Assembly (NCBI GenBank): GCA_965214265.1 | Contig: CBDCBK010000010.1 | Location: 678,230-742,229 of the forward strand | DNA length: 64,000 bases | Direction of reading: 5' to 3' | From: Acidimicrobiia bacterium | GTDB taxonomy: Bacteria; Actinomycetota; Acidimicrobiia; Spongiisociales; ZC4RG35 | In this document: positions 58,205-64,000 of the stretch, one piece after another | Layout: every line of letters begins with the position of its first letter | Numbering within the stretch: position 1 is the stretch's first letter | Program-made: the position numbers and the translations under genes | The notes under the pieces: model-generated | Database searches by the model: none | The model's input: the letters and a program-made list of their open reading frames with translations, nothing else | Told to the model about the DNA's origin: nothing

Positions 58205-58415
58205 CGAAAGCGTCGGGGAACCAAGCGGTTATCCGAGCAGCCGTTTCGTTATCTCGGACGGCCCTCGGAGTCTTATCTCGGCATGGTCTTTCGTCACGAC
58301 GGGTTCTCTGGGTTCAGGATCCCAGGGGGATGGAACCCTCGAAGTTGCCCGGAGTTGGCCGTGACCACCGTCATGTTGGTGTGCCATGACCGCGGCGGTG
58401 ATGCCCCGGAGAGCG

Positions 58416-59837
58416 TCAATAGCCTTGGTAAACGTCGGGTGGGGCGGGACCGGCATGGTTGCGGAAGAGTGTGTACTCCTTCGAGAAGGTGGTGAGCACT
58501 TTCCCGGTGGGCCCGGAGCGGTGCTTGGCGATGAGAACCTCGGCGAGGTTTTGGGCCGCCTTGTTGTTCTCGTTGTAGTATTCGTCCCGGTACAGAAACA
58601 GCACGATGTCGGCGTCTTGTTCGATGGCGCCCGATTCCCGCAGATCCGAAAGCATGGGACGCTTGTCCTTGCGAAGTTCCACCGCCCGGTTGAGCTGGGA
58701 GATCCCGATCACGGGGATTTCCAACTCCCTGGCCAGGCCTTTCAGGGAGCGCGATACCTCGGCGATCTCCTGTTGGCGGTTCTCGAAGTTGCGTGACGAG
58801 GAGCCTCCCGTGGAGGGCATCAACTGCAGATAGTCGACGATCACCAAGTCGAGTCCCTCTTCATACCGCAGTCTGCGGCATTTTGCCCGGATCTCCGTTA
58901 CGGTCGGCTCCGGGGAGTCATCCAGATATAGCTTCCAGTCGTGGATTTTACCTCCCGCCTCCAATAGCCGGTCCCACAGTTGCTGGTTGTTGGCCACTCC
59001 CGAGCGGATGCGAGCCGAGTTCACCTCGCCCACCATGGAAAGCAGGCGGGTCAGCACTTCATCCTTCGACATTTCCAAGGAGAACAGGGCGACCACCCCG
59101 CCGTCCTGGGCCGTGTTCGAGGCGAGGGTCTGGGCGAACGCCGATTTGCCCATGGACGGTCGTCCCGCCACCACCACAAAAGTTCCCGGCTTGAGGCCCA
59201 TCAGCTTTTCATCGAGATCAGTGAGCCCGGTGGGGAGGCCGGGGAGCTGGTCGCCCTGGCGCTCGATGCCCTCGAAAACGCTTCTCATCAGGTCTCTGAC
59301 GGGCTGAAGTCCTTCCTCGACCGCATCGTCGTTGACTTCCAGCATCATCCGCTCGGCCTGATCGACCACCACCTCCGTTGTTGTGTCGAGATTCATGGCC
59401 AGATCGGTGACCCGCTGGCTCACCGCGATCAGTCGTCTCCGCTGGGAATGCTCCGCCACGATGGCGGCATAGCGGTCAGCGTGAGAGATGTTGGGGACGC
59501 TCTGGCTCAGGTCTGCCAGCCGCTCATGTCCGCCGATCCGCTCGAGGGAGTCGCTGCGTCGCAGCTCCTCGGCCAGGGTGAGCACGTCGATGGCCCGGCT
59601 CTCGTTGAAAAGCCGGCGGGCCGCCTCGAACATCAACCCGTGGATCGGCTCGTAGAAGTCCTCCACCTCCAGCATCTCCATCATTCTGTTGGTGGCGTCC
59701 CTGCTCAAGAGGATGGCGCCCAGCACCGACTCTTCCGCTTCCCGGGAGTGGGGGGGTATCCGCCCCACGCGACCTTTACGTGGTTCCGAGGGAGGCTGGT
59801 CTAGATATTCGTCTTCCTCATAGCGGTCATACGCCAT
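58416..59837 (-). CDS. dnaB: replicative DNA helicase DnaB (no intein)
   Basis: 'REAEESVLGAILL', Walker A 'GRPSMGKSAF' and 'IVDYLQLM'. 473 aa. Confidence 0.9.
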   Translation of the reverse strand: MAYDRYEEDEYLDQPPSEPRKGRVGRIPPHSREAEESVLGAILLSRDATNRMMEMLEVEDFYEPIHGLMFEAARRLFNESRAIDVLTLAEELRRSDSLERIGGHERLADLSQSVPNISHADRYAAIVAEHSQRRRLIAVSQRVTDLAMNLDTTTEVVVDQAERMMLEVNDDAVEEGLQPVRDLMRSVFEGIERQGDQLPGLPTGLTDLDEKLMGLKPGTFVVVAGRPSMGKSAFAQTLASNTAQDGGVVALFSLEMSKDEVLTRLLSMVGEVNSARIRSGVANNQQLWDRLLEAGGKIHDWKLYLDDSPEPTVTEIRAKCRRLRYEEGLDLVIVDYLQLMPSTGGSSSRNFENRQQEIAEVSRSLKGLARELEIPVIGISQLNRAVELRKDKRPMLSDLRESGAIEQDADIVLFLYRDEYYNENNKAAQNLAEVLIAKHRSGPTGKVLTTFSKEYTLFRNHAGPAPPDVYQGY

Positions 59838-60140
59838 ATGGGAGGGGCCTTCTGGTTGGGGGGTACGTCTGGTGAAAGCCGTTGTCTTCTACGGTAAATA
59901 ATCGGGGCCTCGGGGTCACAAGTGGGTTCAGTCCTTCTGTTGTTCCTGATAGACAGGGAGTTGTCTCCCTCTGTCCGTCTCGGGGTCACCGGTTGGTTTT
60001 TTCGCGAGCCAGAAAGTCTTTTCACACACTCCAGCGTAAAGCAGGGGTGTGACAAATACGCGGCCCGACAAGCCTTGACCGATCCTTATTAACCCGAGCG
60101 GCTGCTGAGGGTCGTCGGCGGGGGAGGCGGTGCTGCGGGG

Positions 60141-60520
60141 ATGGTCCAGTCGGAAGCGTCGGTCCGTTCCGTGTCGGCCCAGGGCGAAGCCCGTCACATA
60201 CTCACCCACCACCGGCCCGTGCTTGTAGAGATATGTCCCGATCCCCCTGTCACCAGCACTATGTTCTCGTGGTCGGGGCCGACGAGGAGCGCTTGGTATG
60301 GATGGCAGCCGGGGATCATGCTCGGTTCATCAGGACGATGCCCGATTACCTGCCTCATGAACCCGAGGCGGGGTTCGGTCATTACCTGGCCACGGTGGCC
60401 TCGGTAGGAGGGGATCGATGCCGGGCGCCAGGCTCCCAATTCTCAGACTACGAGAACGCCACCGGCACCAGCCAGGTACACGTCTGGTTCGACCGCCCCT
60501 CTGGAGGCTGGACAGGGTAG
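60141..60520 (+). CDS. hypothetical small protein, split by a frameshift in a C5 run (~60243-60247)
   Basis: ORF 60141..60407 ('...HILTHHRPVLVEICPDPP') and ORF 60233..60520 ('CHQHYVLVVGADEERLVW...') join in frame if one C is added. No family was recognised. Confidence 0.3.
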
Positions 60521-60522
60521 TC

Positions 60523-61517
60523 CTAGCCGTTATCCGGTACCCGTCCCAGCACCCTGTAAAGTTTTCTTTCGGACGCTCGCACTTCATGGGCCATGTTCAG
60601 CGCCCTCACCCGGTTGAACTCCGGGAATCCAGCCTGCTGTTCCGCTGTCCACTCCCGGGCGAAAGAACCGTCTTGGATATGGGAGATGATCGCTCTCAGC
60701 CTAGCCCCCTCGGTTTCCTCCTCCTCGGGAGAGAGCCGGCTGGTCACTTCCTGCCCGTACTGGCTGGTACGGGAATGTAGCGTGATCTGTTCCCAGAGCC
60801 CGATGTCACGATATGCTTTGGCGGTCTCGATGCCTTCACCCGAGGCATAGAATTCCAGCATGGCCGCCTCGGGGCTGCAACCGGCCTCCACCAGGACTTC
60901 GCAATAACGACGCACCGCGTAGAGATAACCCACCTGCTCGGCGAATAGATCCACTGTTGTCTCCTCGAGGAAACTGGATTCGATCACCCCCATCCTTGTG
61001 GATCCTATCCCTTCGCAAAGGGCCAGCATCCGCCCGAATGCCGTTTCGGTGGCGGAGTGGTGAACGGCGATGGACTGGGGAAGCCCTCACCGCTCAAGAA
61101 GGTGTCCCTGACTCCTGCGCCGATCATTCGAGGAGCGATCAAAACCACGTCTATGTCGGAGGGAGCCTTGATCAGACCGAAGGTGATGTTGTAGCCGCTG
61201 GCGAAAACCAACATGTTGCCCGATGCCAGGTGCGGGGCGATATCCTGCTCGAAAACCTGGGGCATCACCTCGTCGGGGACCAGAAGAAAGATGATATCGG
61301 AACGCGCTACCGCTTCATCAACTCCGAACACCGCGAAGCCATCCTGTAGGGCCGTCTGGTAGGACGCATCCCGACGGCTCCCTACAATTACACTAAGCCC
61401 GCTGTCCCGCATGTTGAGGGCCTGAGAGCGACCCTGGTTGCCATACCCAACGATGCAGATGGTCTGCCCGGCCAGATACGTTAGGTCGGAATCCTCCTCG
61501 AAGTACATACGGGCCAT
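60523..61517 (-). CDS. ilvC: ketol-acid reductoisomerase IlvC, interrupted by a 1-nt deletion in a C/G4 homopolymer at 61077-61080 (likely sequencing error, otherwise pseudogene)
   Basis: N-terminal 'TICIVGYGNQGRSQALNMRDSG...VRDTFLSGEGFP' (ORF 61005..61517) continues as 'QSIAVHHSATETAFGRMLALCEGIGSTRMGVIESSF...' (ORF 60523..61029) after the +1 shift. Confidence 0.8.
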
Positions 61518-62103
61518 CAGATGCTCCTTCTGTTGGTATCGGCCACCTCGATCATGACCTTAACAGCTCCAAATGTACCGTTTCAGAGCGATATCCATAG
61601 CTTCAGCGGTGGCGCCCAAAGGAAGGATGGGTGATGAGCCCAATGCACCACCACTGGCGAGTCGGTATCGCAGCGGGGAAGGTAAAGGCATCTGAGGCGT
61701 AGTGTTCCGGATGCGAAGTCGCGCGTAAAGCACAGTTCGGTTTAAGACCGACCTCGCTGGTTTGACCGTAGGATTCTGCGGCCTGGTGAGTTCGGACGAG
61801 GCCGAAGGTTGTTGTGCTGCCATCCCAGCATGAAGCGAACGAGAGGGTAGGAGTCAACCCTGTTCGAGGGGTTTTAACGAACTTACCGACCTTTAGGGGA
61901 AGGTCAAGTGTCACTCCGGGACGGGTTTGCTAGCGGTCTGGAGTGGATCGGCTTACTCTGCCTTATTCGGGTTGGGAGAATATCCCTATCAAACGAAGTG
62001 CCATTCAAGCTCCACTAATCCCCGCAGCAGGGTAGCTTTGCCATAAGAGGGTAGCTTTGCCATAAGTAGGAGAATGTACAGGAACTTGAGGAAGGAGACT
62101 GCG

Positions 62104-64000
62104 ATGAGAACGAGACGATTGCTTTGTTTGTTCGCGGCGTTGGCTTTGGTAGTCGCGGCGTGCGGGGACGATGAGGGGGCTTCTCAGACCACTGCCGCCC
62201 CGGCGCCGGAAACCACCGCCGCGGCGGCCCCTGAAACGACTTCGGCTCCTGACGCCATGGACGAGGAAGAAGAGCCTGCTATGGATGAGGAGGAGGAGCC
62301 TGCTATGGATGAGGAGGAGGAGCCTGCCATGGATGAGGAGATGCCGATGGGCGCCACCTACCGGCTGGGTATCTTTTCCGCTCCCACTACCGACAACCCC
62401 TGGGCGGCGCTTGACACCGAAGCCGATATCTGGAACTCCTACGTGATTCCCGGCCAGATTTCGCTTTACACCTATCAGGGACCGACCTACACGGTGGTCC
62501 CGGCGCTGGCCTCCGATCCCAGTCCCCCTCAAGTGGAGGCTGATGGGGACGGTTACTCCGTCACCGTGAACCTGCGTTCGCGCGTCACCTGGTCGGACGG
62601 CTCTCCCATAACGGCCCATGATGCGGTGTTCACCTTCAACACCATCGCCAAGTACGACGGTCTGGGTGGTAATTTCCCCAGCATCTGGCCTTTGGCCCGG
62701 GACGATGACCCTGCCACCGAAGATGACGAGTCATCCCAGGGTGTCTCTTCTGTGGAGGCCTTGGATGATCTGACTGTCAAGATCAGCTTCAACTTCGAGC
62801 CGGGGCTGGCCATCTGGCCGCTGTCAGTGGGTCTGGCTTCCATCTTCCAGCAGGCCTTCTGGGGACCGATCGTTGACGGTTCCGACGATCCCGAGACTCT
62901 CTACGCCGCCTCCGGTCTGGGCGCTCCCAACGCATCCGGTTTCAACTCCGCTGAATGGGAACCAGGTGCTTTCTGGCGCAACGTGGCTTTAGGGGATTAC
63001 TGGGACGCTGGCAGCCAGTACACGGTCTACAGTTCCGGAGCGGTGGAGTACACCAGTGACGGCGCCACCGAGAACTGGGGTGGTGAGCCTGGCGGCGATG
63101 TTCTGGCTGACTACACCGAAGGCCCGTTCGTCTCCGAGAGTATCTATTCCATCTACACGGACCAGAACGCAGCGGTGCTGGCGTTGACCGAAGGGGATGT
63201 GGACTTCCTGCTTAACCCGCTCGGTTTGCAATCCGGATTGCGCAACGAGATTTTGGCGGCGCCCAATCTAGAAGTGGCGGTCAACGAGCAGAACGGTTTC
63301 CGGTACCTGGCCTACAACACCCGTAAGTTCCCGATGAGCGAGACCGCCTTCCGGCAAGCGCTGGCCTGCCTGATCGACAAGGACTTCATGGCCAACACGG
63401 TGCTGGGTGGCACGGCCATCTCGATCAACTCGCTGGTGCCGCCGGGCAACGCCTACTGGTACAATCCCAACCTGACCGCCCCCTGTGCCGGGCAGAGCAC
63501 CCAGGAAAGGGTGGCGTCGGCGGTGCAGATGCTGAAGGACGCGGGCTGGACCTGGGATGTGGAGCCGGTCTGGGACGAGGGCAACCGTGACGTGATTCCC
63601 AAGGGAGAAGGCTTGCGCGGCCCCGGCGGGGAGAGCATAGATCCGCTCACCCTGCTCGCTCCCGGACCCGGTTACGATCCGATGCGGGCCACCTACTCGC
63701 TGTTCATCGAGGAGTGGGCCACCGATCTGGGCATCCCGCTCTCTGCTGATCCCACCGGGTTCTCGGTGATCGTGGATAAGGTGTTCCCACCGGCTGACCC
63801 ACTCGGGTTCGACATGTACATCCTGGGGTGGGGACTCACTCCGTTCCCGGACCACGTGTTCGACTTCTTCCGGTCCTCCGCCGACTCGGCGTTAGGAGGG
63901 TTCAACACCCCTGGGTATTCCAATCCCGCCTTCGACGAACTGGCCGATCAGTTCGACAGGGCCAAGACGCTGGCAGAGGCGCGTGATCTGATACATCAGG
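62104..64000 (+). CDS. ABC transporter substrate-binding lipoprotein, family 5 (peptide/nickel type); 3'-partial, runs to window edge; acidic (MDEEEEPA)x3 repeat after lipobox
   Basis: Hand translation from ATG 62104: 'MRTRRLLCLFAALALVVAACGDDEG...' with no stop to position 64000. SBP-5 fold features ('FNTRKFPMSETAFRQALA', 'YILGWGL'). 24-nt repeat at 62257-62340. Confidence 0.75.
   Translation, partial: MRTRRLLCLFAALALVVAACGDDEGASQTTAAPAPETTAAAAPETTSAPDAMDEEEEPAMDEEEEPAMDEEEEPAMDEEMPMGATYRLGIFSAPTTDNPWAALDTEADIWNSYVIPGQISLYTYQGPTYTVVPALASDPSPPQVEADGDGYSVTVNLRSRVTWSDGSPITAHDAVFTFNTIAKYDGLGGNFPSIWPLARDDDPATEDDESSQGVSSVEALDDLTVKISFNFEPGLAIWPLSVGLASIFQQAFWGPIVDGSDDPETLYAASGLGAPNASGFNSAEWEPGAFWRNVALGDYWDAGSQYTVYSSGAVEYTSDGATENWGGEPGGDVLADYTEGPFVSESIYSIYTDQNAAVLALTEGDVDFLLNPLGLQSGLRNEILAAPNLEVAVNEQNGFRYLAYNTRKFPMSETAFRQALACLIDKDFMANTVLGGTAISINSLVPPGNAYWYNPNLTAPCAGQSTQERVASAVQMLKDAGWTWDVEPVWDEGNRDVIPKGEGLRGPGGESIDPLTLLAPGPGYDPMRATYSLFIEEWATDLGIPLSADPTGFSVIVDKVFPPADPLGFDMYILGWGLTPFPDHVFDFFRSSADSALGGFNTPGYSNPAFDELADQFDRAKTLAEARDLIHQ

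Noticed and set aside
57322-58224. 300-aa minus ORF
   Set aside because: It is antisense to the pknB PASTA region.
58416-59837. Intein in dnaB
   Set aside because: The product is 473 aa and collinear with intein-less DnaB.

Overview
This is a high-GC actinobacterial-type chromosomal segment. It carries the mycobacterial-style fhaB-pstP-rodA-pbpA-pknB cell-wall/STPK cluster, a 13E12-type HNH fragment and a ppk/pst/phoU locus. Core, intact-looking genes include trmL, fabF, an acyl-CoA dehydrogenase, a contiguous phosphate regulon block (ppk-pstSCAB-phoU plus an OmpR-type regulator and histidine kinase), an oligopeptide ABC operon, tadA, SRP RNA, serS, dnaB and ilvC. Between these lie at least three accessory patches. 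(1) At the left edge, a defense-like islet: a partial PLD-nuclease/P-loop NTPase ORF, vapBC, a frameshifted beta-class DNA methyltransferase coupled to a small nuclease-like ORF, and an HNH fragment. (2) A tRNA-Ser-associated island remnant holding a low-GC SDR gene, a large SLH-anchored surface protein with four near-identical 327-bp tandem repeats and two PPC domains, a nested IS3-in-IS3 insertion and a broken P4-type integrase. (3) A repeat-riddled islet next to tRNA-Leu with an RNase HI translationally coupled to a TIR-like (COG4271) fragment, a DUF433/DUF5615 TA-like pair, an EamA-like transporter and a sterol-24-C-methyltransferase (Erg6/SMT)-like gene remnant. Five tRNAs/ncRNAs were found: tRNA-Arg(ACG), two tRNA-Ser, tRNA-Leu(CAG) and SRP RNA. 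Several frameshifts (ilvC, the SLH gene, IS3 orfA, a small ORF near 60.2 kb) sit exactly in C/G homopolymer runs. Assembly indel errors are therefore likely, and pseudogene calls should be treated with caution.
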